DNA of 64,000 nt from contig ML996704.1 in assembly GCA_010356995.1 (NCBI GenBank), forward strand, positions 124,001 to 188,000, given 5' to 3'. The notes below the pieces were generated by a model, which saw only the letters and a list, made by a program, of their open reading frames with translations, ran no database searches and was not told the origin of the DNA. This DNA is from Trichodelitschia bisporula. Taxonomy: Eukaryota. The translations under genes were made by a program, and so were the position numbers. Below, one piece after another: positions 12,314 to 25,207 of the stretch (position 1 is the first letter of the stretch; every line of letters starts with the position of its first letter).

Positions 12314-15256
12314 ATGTCGGATCGCGATGTTCTGCCCGCGGCGTGAGTTCGGAGCCGAGAGCGAGACCTCGACTGACACTTGCTTCTAGAGTCAAGCCGA
12401 CGCACTATGCGCTCTCGATCTCGAACCTGGAGTTCAAGAACTGGACCTATCAGGGTGTCGTCCGCATTGACCTCGACATAAAGTCTGCCGGCACCGAGGT
12501 CGTCCTCAATGTGCACCAGCTGTCGATCAAGAGCGCGCGGCTGGACGGTGGAGACGAGGGCAGCGTGAGCTATGACAAGGAGAATCAGCGCGTGATCCTG
12601 GCGTTCAAGGAGTACCAGGCGGGCAAGCATGTGCTGGAAGTGAAGTTCGGGGGCATTATGAACAACGTGGGTGCTCTTCAGAGCTCCAAGGAAGCGAGAG
12701 TGATACTAATGGGGATCAGCAAATGGCCGGCTTCTACCGCTCGCGATACAAGCCAAAGGTCCCTGCTGCTGCCGGCGTACCCCGCGACGACGAGTACCAC
12801 TACATGCTCAGCACCCAGTTCGAGTCCTGCGATGCGCGCCGTGCCTTCCCGTGCTTTGATGAGCCGAACCTGAAGGCGACTTTTGACTTTGAGATTGAGA
12901 TTCCGGAGGACCACGTTGCGCTGAGCAACATGCTGGAGAAGGAGACACGCAAAAGCCGTGATGGGTGGAAGGTCGTCAGCTTTGACATGACCCCCGTCAT
13001 GAGCACTTACCTCCTGGCCTGGGCTGTCGGCGATTTCGAGTACATTGAGAGCTTCACGGAGCGCGAGTACAATGGCAAGAAGCTGCCTGTGAGGGTGTAC
13101 ACGACTCGGGGCCTCAAGGAGCAGGGTCGTTATGCGCTCGAGCACGCCGGTCCGACGGTGGACTACTTTTCTAAGGTATGGATGCGCTTATGTCACGGGT
13201 GGTGCTGACAGGCAGATCTTCCGCATCGACTACCCGCTGCCCAAGGTCGATCTTCTTGCGGTGCACGAATTTGTAATTATAAGTCCTCCTGCTATGCCAG
13301 GCGGACCGCCACTGACGGAATAGTCGCTCGGCGCCATGGAGAACTGGGGTCTTATTACCTACCGCACGACTGCTCTACTTTTCGACGAGAAGCAATCCGA
13401 TCAGCGGTATAAGAACCGCATCGCTTATCTCGTTGCCCATGAATTGGCGCATCAGTGGTTCGGTAACCTAGTTACTATGGACTGGTGGAGCGAGCTCTGG
13501 CTCAATGAAGGCTTCGCGACGTGGGTCGGCTGGCTTGCGGTTGACCACCTGCACCCAGGTTTGTGCATATCACCCCTCCTTGTGTAACTCAACTAACCAA
13601 TTAGAATGGAATGTGTGGGCTCAGTTCGTCGTACGTTCCATGCAACGAGGTAATTCTCGCTTATGCTAACCGAGCAAGTCTGAATCCCTCCAAACAGCAT
13701 TCCAACTCGACTCCATCCGCAACTCCCACCCGATCGAAGTCCCCGTCCGGAACGCGCTCGAAGTCGACCAGATCTTCGACCACATCTCGTACCTCAAGGG
13801 CAGCTCCGTCATCCGCATGCTCAGCGCCCACCTGGGGACGGAGACTTTCCTCCTCGGCGTCAGCAACTACCTCAAGGCGCACAAGTACTCCAATGCCACG
13901 ACCAACGACCTATGGTCCGCGCTGTCCTCCGCCTCAGGCCAGGACGTCAACGCCTTCATGGACCCGTGGATCCGCAAAATCGGCTTCCCCGTCGTTACGC
14001 TGACCGAGGAACCGAACCAGCTCACTGTGAGCCAGGCGCGCTTCCTTCTCACCGGCGACGTCAAGCCCGAGGAAGACGAAACCACGTGGTGGATTCCCCT
14101 GGGCCTGAAGGAGGGCGGTAAGACGGCCGCTGAAGTCGATGCTGGGGCGCTCACCGCCAAGAAAGATGTGCTCCGCACGGCCAACGACGAGTTCTACAAG
14201 CTCAACGTAGACCAGAACGGCTTCTACCGCACCAACTACCCAGCCGCGCGGCTGCAGAAACTAGGCGCCCAGCGCGCGCAACTCAGCACCGAAGACCGCA
14301 TCGGGCTCGTCGGCGATGCAGCGGCGCTCGCGCAGTCGGGCGACGGGACGACGGCGGCGTTCCTGGCAATGGTCGAGGGCTTTGGCGACGAGAAGGAGTA
14401 TCTGGTCTGGCAGCAGATGCTGAGTGCGCTCGGCCACATCCAGTCCATTTTCGCGGATGTGCCGGGTGTGAAGGATGGGCTGCGCAAGTTCTCCCTCAAG
14501 CTGCTTACGCCGGCGACGGAGCGCGTGGGCTGGACGTTTGAGGAAGGGGAGAGTTTGCTTACGGGGCAGTTGCGTGCGCTGTTGATTGCGCAGGCGGGGC
14601 TCGCGGGGCATGAGGGGTGAGTTTCACCGCTTTGCCGTGATCATAACTAATCAGACAGTGTTATCGCCGAGGCCCAGCGCCAGTTCAAGGAATTTGCGAA
14701 GGGGGATTGCAATGTAATTCACCCCAGCCTGCGCAGCCCGGTCTTCCGCATCGCGATCAAGGCCGGTGGGCGCGAGGAGTATGAGGCTGTCAAGGCGTTC
14801 TACAAAAACACGACCGCGGTCGACGGCAAGGAAATCGCACTGCAGAGCATGGGGCGCGTGCAATCCGCCGAGCTAGCGCGGGACTTGCTTAACTTCGCCT
14901 TTTCCCCCGCCGTTGCGGTGCAGGATAGGCACAGCGTGGGTATTTCGCTGGCGAGTAACAGTGCGGTGCGGGTGGAGGTCTGGAACTTCGTGAAGGAGAA
15001 CTGGGAGAGTAAGGTTTATCCCGAGTTGAGCGGGAATATGGTTGTGTTGGAACGGTTTTTGAAGAGCGGGTTGAGTAAGTTTGCGAGTTGGGAGGTTAAG
15101 AAGGATATTGAGGGGTTCTTTGAGGGGAAGGATCAGAGGGGGTATGATCGGGGACTGGGGGTTGTGTTGGATACGATTGCGGGGGCGGCGAAGTATCGCG
15201 AGAGGGAGGCGGAGGGGATCAAGGAGTGGCTTACCAAGGCGGGGTATATCCAGTAG
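12314..15256 (+). CDS. APE2: M1 family zinc aminopeptidase (Ape2/Aap1-like), multi-exon
   Basis: [66 protein letters not shown] and an ERAP1-like C-terminus. Several short introns and a 26-nt exon at 13605-13630. An in-frame upstream ATG lies at 12020. Confidence 0.95.
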
Positions 15257-18200
15257 GTGGCGAGAGCTTTTGGATAGTGAGAGGCGATCGGTTGGTAACG
15301 AGAGTAGCAATGAATCCCGTTGGAAACTGTGATTTGGATATCGGTTCTCCTTTCAGGAAGTGCCAGGTCACGGTGGGCATGCATGGATGGGATGTGATGA
15401 TGAATGCTCTTTTTGGACGTTCAACTAAGTACAGACTACAGCGCAGTGTTGTGAGTACCGCAGCCCAAGCACCTGGCTCGTCAAGCTCTCCACCTCGGCA
15501 TCCTTCTTTCCTCGCCCATCCAGCCACCGACCGCATATCGCTCGCAACTGCAGTCGTAGCCCTTAGCTCCTTAGGGAAGAAGACCCTACCCACCGTCCCT
15601 TCATCGCACCTCTTCTTCCGCTGACAGTACTCCTCTTCCTTCCCGGTCACGATGATATCTAGAAAGAAGGAGAACCCCTAGTCGACCGGAAAGCCCTTCG
15701 CCACCGCCCGCCGGTGGGCACCCGGTCGATCTCGATCCCGCGCAATTCACCGCTCATCCAGTGCCGCGCACGAGCGGAATAGGGCGGAGGACGCGGCGTA
15801 CCATCGATACTGGTACTTGCCCTTATATTCCCGGAATGTCCAAACACCTGAAACGGTGATGAAATAGGAGGCCAGAAGTAGACAGATGGTCACGAACAGC
15901 ATCACCTCCTCCCGCTTCTTCGAGCCTGAGTTCCGGCCGGCGACGGTAGACAAGAAGGATGCTGAGTGGACGGATGAGAGGAGAAGAACCGGGATCCGCG
16001 GATCTGGGACATCTCCCGCGCGACGGGGAGTAACCTTGCGCTTGCGCTTGCGGCTCTTCTCACGGCTCTCGTCCGTGGCCTGCGGAAGCACGACCGGAAC
16101 AGCCGGCTTCGCGACGGCTCTCGTCCACGCCGCTCGTGCTGGCGTGGGAATGGTCGGGGTACGGGTGTGTCTGCTCTGAGGACGCTGTGGATGTGTTATA
16201 TAGTCAGTATGTGGGATCGAGCAAGGGAATCGAGTAGGGAGAGAGGAGGAAGTGGTATAAAGGATACACCTCGAAAGAATGAGATGAGGAGGGGAGTTGG
16301 GCCGCCAGGAGGTTGAGTGCCGAAGGACCAGTGGGGAGTGATGATGTGAGGTGGACTCCGGGGGGTTAAGGGACGCCGAAGAGTGGGGGTAGGTTGCCGA
16401 TTCCCGGGAGGTGATCCGGCCGAGGATCGAAGAGTATTCGGGAAAATGACTTCGGCTGTGACTGCTGATGGTCACATCCCGATATCCCGTGCGGTGGTTT
16501 TGAGGAAATTGAGCCACGCCGGCACTTCCGAGCAGGATACATGGAAGTCCGGCTTGGACTGCATCTGCAGCCGGTTGCCAGTGTCTCGTCCTTGGTGGCC
16601 TCGGCGGAAACAGACTAAACAAACTGGACAATCCACGTTCGTCTGCCTGGTACGAAGACGGGAGCACGTGTGACCTCCGGTTCGTCATCCGTTGGCTTCT
16701 TGAGCGCGAGCGAGGTCGAACCGTTAGTGCCTACATTCAGACGGTTGAAGAGGACGATGCCATGATCTTCGGGTAAAAGGGGCAGCTCCCGTACATCCGC
16801 TCTGTATCTCGTAAGAAGTTGGCGACGTGGCCGCTGTTTTATTCTGCGTCCCCTGAAGCTGGCGGATTGGGATGTGTACATATACGCGGCCAATGAGCAT
16901 ATCATCTAACTGGGTGAGCGAAGGGAGATCAGGTCGAGCCCCAACCGAGCATGACTTGCCCGCGGCGCTCGTGCCCCCTTCATGGTCTTGCGCCGCTTTT
17001 CTCCCTTCCCCGGCGCACCGTTCTTTTGGATTAGTGAGTGACGACGTTCTGCGCGGCGGGAAGGTGGATGCCAACTCCATCCCGAAGTACAGCGCGGCGC
17101 CTGGGAATCATCGGCCCTAGATTCCTACTTCCTCAGCACGTATATCCGACGAGTGGCGCGGTAGTCGTGCAGCGAGCCTTAATGAAACGGCCGCAGCGCA
17201 CGACCAGCCGCGGCATGACCCGCCAGCAGGTCCTCAGTCCGAGATCGCTTGTCGCGGTTCGGTCCGGCATTTATCTCGGAGGGAGGCGAGCGAGACTTTG
17301 GAAGAAGAGCGCGATCTTGTGGGTCCAAGTGTTGCGGACTCCTTGGAAATGAGCAATTCCGCATCCGACGCGGGGCTGGTAAGGAGCCAGACTGATGATG
17401 GCGGCTCTGGCCATGGTTGGTTCAATAGAGAAACCTCTCAGAGCTTCGTGGCATGAGGTCAGAAAGTGCCATACCGCGAAGACGGCTCGAGCGGGAAGAA
17501 CTGGTGCTTGCCGATGGAGGTGTCGCCACGGGCGAGGGACATCTGCGTTGGCTTCCTCGGCCCAGGTGTGGTTGGAGGTCCACCCGCCGACGGGGGCGTA
17601 ATGGTGGATGACGACGAATGGGATGGCCGAAGCGGCGAAATTCTTGGGAGCAGCAACCGAACCTGAGCGTGGCAAGTGAGCATACTGACTCCAGGGACAA
17701 CGACGTGGGATGTTCGTCTTCGGAAGTACGCCTTCGACCGCGTGGATCGGGAGGCATGTTGCCGCTTGTCGATTTCCACGTCCCCAGTACCCGTCGGGGG
17801 TGTTAGCATCCAGGCGCCTGGCCAATGTGGGGAGATTTTGGTTCATAATGTGGCCTCATACTGATCGACGCCGTGGCAGAAAGAGCGGGCCTTGGGCAGG
17901 CGACATGTGGTTGGAGGCCCGAGACTACGTCGCCGTGGCGATGCTGGTTCGATATGGAGGCGGCACAGAACGGCTGTCGATGTTCTGGCATGGTGTGGCA
18001 CGGTACAGCCGGACGACCGGTGCGGAAGTCGAAGCCGATAACCCAATTACCGAGCACGGAAGGGACACCGTTACGATGGAGAAAGGGTCGGGCAGCGTTG
18101 GTAACGCTGGGTGCGTTCATGCACTTGCTTTCACCTCTCTTCGGATTAACCTCCACTGACCATCCACATCTTGCTTCCCTGTTTCTTCAAATTCATTTCG

Positions 18201-18539
18201 ATGTGCCAGATGCAGAGGAGCTGCGCAGGGAACGACAATAATAGAAGCAGGCTCCGGTCTGTTGAAGTCCGACCGAGGTGTGGATCTAAATGGTGGCATG
18301 GGCATATGTGGGATCCCAGTAAGCACCAGTCCTAGGCCTTGCCTACAGCGTCCCCTCCTGGTCGCGGATGAAGCACTTGAGCTTGTGGAGAGCAGCGAAG
18401 TTGCCCAAGACATCGTCTCGGAAGATTTTCAGGGCTTTGTTCTAGGCTGGCTGGCTCTCGCCCTCGTTCCTGGGAAACAAGGAGCCGAACGGTGATGACA
18501 TACCATTCTTGTGCTGTGATGACGGGGCATGCTTCAGGA

Positions 18540-18630
18540 TGGGTACAAGGCGTATGAGGTGCAGCAGCGTCACCTTGTACATGTTCGTCTTGTACGTGCT
18601 GTCAAAGAACAACGTTTCGGGATAGGCAGA
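18540..18630 (-). mobile_element. Mutator-like (MULE) transposase fragment, first catalytic Asp motif
   Basis: AYPETLFFDSTYKTNMYKVTLLHLI resembles the fungal MULE motif YPEVLLLD.TYKTN.Y..PL. Confidence 0.7.
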
Positions 18631-19010
18631 CATTACGCGGCATTCGTCGATGGCTATGATGCCTAGACGTCTCTGGAACTCGGGCCCTCGGAACAGCGCT
18701 CGGAATTCCGGAGACAGCGCCTGCTCAGGCCCAAAACCGATGTGCACACGCTTTTGGCACATGGAGATGAACATAAAGAAACGGGTAAGCGAGCTGTGAA
18801 TCGCTTCCGCGTAATGAGCCAGAGTCCTCAGTAGGCATCAAGCGAGGGAACTTCGCAGACCCTTCCTCAGCGTTGACATGCGTCCAAATTGCTCGAGAGA
18901 TTCCATCGACAGGGGCGCGCTCCTGCGGCTGGTCCATGGCGTTTAACTCGGGACGGAGCAAAATTAGAGTACATGAAGAATGGGACGAGCTAAGACTTCT
19001 AGCCATCATC
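18631..19010 (-). pseudogene. RecQ-type SF2 helicase fragment (degenerate motifs I, Ia, II)
   Basis: PEQALSPEFRALFRGPEFQRRLGIIAIDECR is the RecQ motif II region (DECH changed to DECR). Upstream in other frames: TLILLRPELNAMDQ (Ia-like) and DG*KS* (Walker A-like, with stops). Confidence 0.6.
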
Positions 19011-19119
19011 TTTCTTGCCTTCGGTACCGGCTGAACCCTCGGCGGCGAACCCCGCGCGTTGGGTCTGACGACGGTTGCTGGTCCTCCTCCAACCGGGGAT
19101 GGTGATCTTGCGCGGCATG

Positions 19120-19172
19120 CTCGCCTTGCGGCTAAACCCCTTCGCCTTACGGCTAGACCCCTTCGCCTTACT
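19120..19172. repeat. ~21-bp tandem repeat, about 2.5 copies
   Basis: cgccttgcggctaaacccctt / cgccttacggctagacccctt / cgccttac. Confidence 0.7.
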
Positions 19173-19199
19173 CTTGCCGGCTGTAAACGCACATTCGAT

Positions 19200-19400
19200 G
19201 AAGATAACGAGATTCGATATATTGCAGCTGCGGCATCCCGACGAAGAACCCATAGCGCATTGCCGAGAGCGCTATCCCGGTCCCGGAGGAAGAACAACGC
19301 CGAAGCATCTCATCCTTAATCTTGGAGAACAGGGCCGGAGCCGTCGGAACATCGAAGAAACGCTCCATCCTGATCTTCACTTTCAGCTCCGATGAAGGTT
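19200..19400 (-). mobile_element. Second degenerate MULE transposase fragment (second Asp region), frameshifted
   Basis: Across frames: TFIGAESEDQDGAFLRC ... FFLRDRDSALGNAL ... FFVGMPQLQYI, compared with MULE AFL..E.EE.Y.W.L ... TDR(D/E).AL.NA...FP..P.LLC.WH. Confidence 0.5.
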
Positions 19401-22149
19401 GATGCACCAACCACACCCGGAGCTCATGGTCGAGGCTCATGTGGACTTCGTTGCACCTGACCTTGTCGAGGGCGAGGAAGTTGCCGAAGGACCTCGTAGT
19501 GGAAGATTCTGAAGGCTTTGGAGTGGGCAAGCTCGCTCTTATCCTTGAGAAATACGAAGCCGGTCGGGAAGGCCGTTCCCGTTCATCCACTCGACGGAAA
19601 TCATCGGCTCGAACAGAGATGCCAGGCCAATCAGGCAGGTTTTTGCTGCTAAAGGCTGGGTACCGGCTGTATACGTCTTCCAGAATATTCAACGTCTCAG
19701 CGTTCGTTATATTCATTTGCAGAAGATACCATGGAGCCTCGACCAGATCGGTAGTCAACGAGCCACCCTTCCACGCCTTTCACTCCAGGCCCACGACGTG
19801 CGCGCTCAGGGATGGGACAAGGCGTATAAGGTGGAGTAGCGGCATCCGGTACTTGTCGGTCTTGCACGCGGGGTCGATGAATGATATCTAAGGCCAGGCA
19901 AATCAAGTGTCTCAGCGTCAGTAACCGGCTGAAATAGTTATCGCGCGGGTGGTTCCGAGGTCCGTGGCGGTCATTGCTTTGCAAAAACTTGGGGTTTGGG
20001 GGAGAATAGATGACTCCGGTCGTCGTATGCGGCCAGTATTCAGTCTCGTGGATGGTGGTATGGATAAGCTCCGTGCGGACGGTCATGCCGGCGTGGAACC
20101 TCGCTTTAACGACGAGGACGTCGAGGGTACTAGGCCTGAACACGGGGATGTTGGAGCGAGTGGTTCCCATCGTCGTTAAAATGCTGTGAAACTTGGTGAA
20201 GAGATCGGCTACCCTCACAGCTCGGTGATGTGTATTGGTATGCAGGGCTGGAATCCCGCAAGGCCGGATGCCAGAGTCGAAGGTGACGTGGAAGGGAACG
20301 TGAGAATCGACCCGAGATAAAAAAATACGGCGGAACTGCGAACCTTCTACATCCGGTTGAGTGAACATGAACTAGCGAAACGGAATGAGATGTTAACTGA
20401 GTCCTCGAAGAAATCGTGGACGAGGTCTCCCGCATCCAGGACACAATGGGTGTTCAACCAGGAATTTGCCTGCAGGTGCTGGTGATCATGAGTTCGAGAC
20501 CGAACGTCTAGCGGGCGGTATCTAGGCGGAAGGTAGCGTGCGGTTCTTTCAAAGCTGAATTCGTCTCGCTTCGTAGATCGATCATCGCGGCGAGGGTGGT
20601 CGCAATAAACGATTGGAGAACGAACGGAGATGTAAAGAGTTGGTAGAAGGGAGTGGCCCTCTGGTGCGCCTGTAAGCCGAGAACGTCAGGCTCAGGCATA
20701 CTGAAGCGCGCGTCGTACGTCTTGTAGTGCCAGCGCTTCGGGAGGAGCGCAACACACAATCCCGATGCCGTGTCCGTGGAATCTCAGCTCCGAGGCCGAT
20801 GGTCGCGATTATTTGCGGCATCTACAGCCGTCAGTTGAGTCTGCGAGAGCCGCAAAAGACATACCAGCCCGACAATCGCTTCCCTTCCTTCTTCCCTTCT
20901 CCCCAAGCCTTGCCCGTTCGAACCTCCGTACATCCCACTTCACCGCCAGTTCCCTTGGGCAACCGCACACACGACCATCCAAAGTATAACGCGCGGTATA
21001 CAACCCACTCAAAACCTGCGATCCCAGCCACCCAAGCCTTGATCACTGGACGCCAGCCTGAGCTGGCAAAGAAGTACCTCGAAAGAAGCAGTTTGGCATC
21101 CATCCAAGCACAAGCGCCATGTCTACCAACGCGAAGACCCCGGCACCGTGCTTTGGCTTATCTGCTGGACACCACTTGAGTGAGGAACATGTAGATCTCG
21201 ATGTAGCAAGGGCGCCGTCGGCGACTATGACATGTCATGCCGAGGTCCCGCACATCATGACGTCCTGGGGGTACACCCCGCCCGAGTACCTAGGTGGGGA
21301 TCGAGCGATGCCTCTGGAACGAGTCGAGGAATTTGCCGTAACTAATGGATAGATTTCGGTGGGTGCTTCAGGGTTGATAGAGTTGGCAAGCAGCACATGG
21401 AGATACGAGTGTCCGGTACAGCATCGCCGTGTAGGGGGCCGATTCTATACACGCAATTTCTGTAGGCGTTTCGGGCTGTTGGGCGACGCTACATTTACAT
21501 CAGCCCCAGTACACCACTCAGATACAAACAGGAGCTCGCAGTCGCTGTACTGAGTTTCGTTCTTGCCGCCCTTCCGAGGAGGAGGGGGAGCTGAGAAATT
21601 CGCGGGAGAGAACCGGGCTTGGGAGCTAGCTCGAGCCGTATAACGGCTGCTGAGCCCACCGAGTCGTTGGCGTCAGTCGGCGACGACCCGGCAGCGAGAG
21701 ATAGGACGGGGAGACATACCCGCCCACTTTGATGTAGAGGTGAAGGATGGAGCAGCCGAAGCGTGAAACTGCGAAGGATCTCGAAAAGACGGGTGATGAT
21801 GACCTGGCCTCGGTCTAGGCGGATATGCCGGAGAACGCGGCGCATTCAAGGATAAATTGTGGACTGGCATTTACATTTAAAGGCGCTTCTGGCATTGGAT
21901 TTTGCATGGAGTTTGAAATACCCGCCGTGTGTGGCCTTGGTTGTTGCTTGTATTGATATATTTAATGTAGATTAGGCAGGAAGGTGCCGGAGTACGCACT
22001 GCTGCCGTCAACGTGGCTTGTCGCAAAAGCCAATGAAGCCGGCCAGCTCGCTCACCATGCGCTCCGAGTTTCGTAGTCGCCGAACCCGCTGTCGACACGC
22101 AAATCGAGGAGCATCTTGCCCGTCCATCCGTCCTTGAACACAGCGAGGG

Positions 22150-22664
22150 CGTCCACGTTCTTCTCCTCCCAGTTCGACCCCAAACATCGTCCTTGCAATT
22201 CAGCGCATCCACGAGTCCTTGCTTCAGCTTGTTGTCCACGAGGTCCTTCTCACTTGCGGCAGGATAGAAGGTCTCGTTGCTCCTCCAGAACATAACCACC
22301 CCGACCTAGGCCAGGTCAAACCTCCGTCGCGGTTCGCTCGTACCAGTGTGTGCTCGATTCCGGCTCTCGAGTCAATGGCATGAAACGACGAATGGTACGG
22401 TGCCAGGTCTTCGAGGTCGCAGACACGGCCCGGTTTGTCCTTCGGCGCGAGGCCGGCCCTTGCGTCAAGTCCTGAGTCGGCCCGGATTCCACATCCCGAG
22501 GGGATAGCCAACCGATCAAAAGAAGGTATGTTGTCGAAGAATAAAGAAGTGTAGAGAGACATAAGAACGTAAGTCCTCGTCGCCGATCGCGGCCGAAGGC
22601 AGTACGCGTACCGCCCCCCGAATGCCTTCGCCGTCAGCAACATACCCAAAAGAACAGCTCGCAT
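22150..22664 (-). pseudogene. Possible frameshifted small secreted-protein gene
   Basis: Signal-peptide-like start MRAVLLGMLLTAKA; protein-like sequence continues in another frame near 22300 (VMFWRSNETFYP...). Family not recognised. Confidence 0.25.
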
Positions 22665-25207
22665 ATCTCACCCTTCGCCCTCGCCCTCTCGGCTCCCATG
22701 CAAGAACCAGACAGCACTACCAGAAACACGCCGAGGAACGCCCAACCGATAGGCCCAACGCTTGATCTTCCTGCCAGCCATCGCCTCCACCGCATGCCAC
22801 AATAGTTGCGCGCGAGATGCCATTCCCTTCCCCCATGAGCAACAACGGCTCTCTCCTCCTGAAGCGCGATGGTGATCTGTGTCTCAGGTCCGCCAGCTGT
22901 GTTCAGCGACTCAAGCGTACTTCCCTCCGCCATGGCGCCAGAATTGATTCTCCGCATTGCGATGAGAGGGCGTTGCAGTGGGGGGTTCGATGAAGTGTGA
23001 GGCGGAGAGCAGTGCTGGATGATCGTCATTGACATCCCTCGTGCGCCAACTCCGAGAATGACCACTGCCGTCGGGTTACGAGCAGACGCACCGCGCACAG
23101 CCCATGACGCTTCTTCTTCTGCACGGCCCTTCGCAATGCCGGCAACGGCCACCGGCATCCCGAGGTCTCATCGGTATCCAGCCCGTACGGCCCCAAGAAG
23201 TACGCTTCTGCACTGAAACTCGTCAGTTGATTCCCAATGCGGCAGCGGGGCACGCACCACGGCCCGCCTTGGATGCCATGGGCTCAATGTCCTTCCCCTC
23301 GTCGCTGTTCCCAGTCTCATCCATGTAGATGGATGCAGCAAGGCGAGAGAAGCAGATACAATGCCCCTCGCGTATTAGGCGCGCCCGGGTACAGTCACCC
23401 GATCGGCAAGGTACGTAGGCTCAATGTCAGGACGGTGATGATCCGGTGCCTTGCCGGACTCCTGCTGCCGGTTCGCGATCCGGCAACAGGGCCAGCACAT
23501 GCCGCTGCGTCCTCTGCTCCACCCGCCACGAAGCACCGCGATGAGGTTGTAACGACAGTCGCATGAAGAACAATCCCAACCCCGAGCATGTTTTGTTCAC
23601 CGTCAACAACGCCCCCCAACAGGCGTCGTGGAACTACTCACCACCCACCCATCCCCCCTCCAGCCCGAACCTCGCCCCCTCACAACCTCCCACCCAAACA
23701 CCCACCCCCCAGCCATCCCACTATCTTCCCATCGCCAGATGGGACCGAGCAGACCAAACCAACCCTTCCCTCCGCGTTCACACCATCAACACCCATTTGC
23801 TGCTTCTCTTGCCCTGCTCCTCACCAACCACCCCACATACACTCTCATCACGCGCCTTCAGCACCGCGGTGGTGCCAGGACCTACAAGCGTGCCCTCGCA
23901 GCCCCCCACGTACACTGACTGGGTGTCAAGACAACCGAGCCGAACCCCTCAACACCAAACGCGCTGATGACCCTCCCAACGACCGCGTCCACCGCGGGCC
24001 GGGATGCCCAGTGAATATTGTCTTCAGGGGTCGTGCGAACGCCCAAGTACGGACCGAGGGCGAGGGCACGCCAGTCCAGGCGCTCCTCGATGAGGGGAGA
24101 GAGATCCCGGGCCGCGGAGCAGAGGACCATTCTGTTGCTGATCTTCGACGTCCCCTCCGATGGACATGTTTGCAGCGGAGCTGATGGAGTGGCGGCCATG
24201 TGCTTCAATTTCTGGACATATGTCGAGCCAGATCTGAGCCGGTGGGCCAGGCGAACACAGGACGCAATTCGACGGAGGCTTGGAAATGGTCCTCAGGGAC
24301 CTGGGTAGGTGTTGCGGAAACTCGGAGACGACGCCGTATAGTATGGATAGGTCGTGGTGTAGGTGGGAGGGATATATGGCTCAGATGGAGAATGTAAAAT
24401 GTGGGTTGGGCGGCATATAGCCAGCACGACGTGCCAATAGTACCGAGAGCACCTGAAGCGAGGGGGGGAAGCGAATATATATCCCCTCCCACAAGGAACC
24501 TTTTGGCTTGCTTCCAGAACCCGCGCCTCTGTCAAAACCAAAACATTAGCATAACCAATCCAACCCCGCGGAGCGACTAACCTGCCCAATCGGGATCCAA
24601 CCATCAACAAGCAGCCCGACAGGCAAGCAATCACAGCAAACAGCATGGCCACCACCCTATGTAGCAAATGCCATTTACTACTGCTACGACCGGGTAGAGT
24701 ATCTCCTTTCTCCAAACCCGTGGAGCCGTCTAGCCAACCCGAAAAGCAACCTCTGTCTCGGGCAGTTTGCCCCACCGGTCAACTTCAGTCCGGAGCAAAC
24801 CTCCCATTTCATATGCCCACAGCAAGCATATACACAGCCTCATCCACCTCCTCGAATCCCCAATAGCCCACCCAAAAAAGCCCAGCCAACCCCGCAAACG
24901 CCGGCTCATCCATCCAAACCCTACCCAATCGCCTGCACATCTCCAAACAACCCCCCTCCAGACGACGGCCTCATACGCAAAAAACCCATCAGCCAGTCCC
25001 CCATCAAAACCCACCGCTGATAGAAAAAAAAAAGATATTACAACAAAAGATACCCGACCAACAAGCCCCGCCCGTCGCCCCCTAGCCCATGCCGCCCATG
25101 AGTGCGAGTGCCCAAATATCCCACCCCACCATCCATCCAACCAATGCACCGAGCCAAACCAAACAACACAATGCAACTCAACACCCCACCCCTCTCCCCG
25201 CCGCTAC

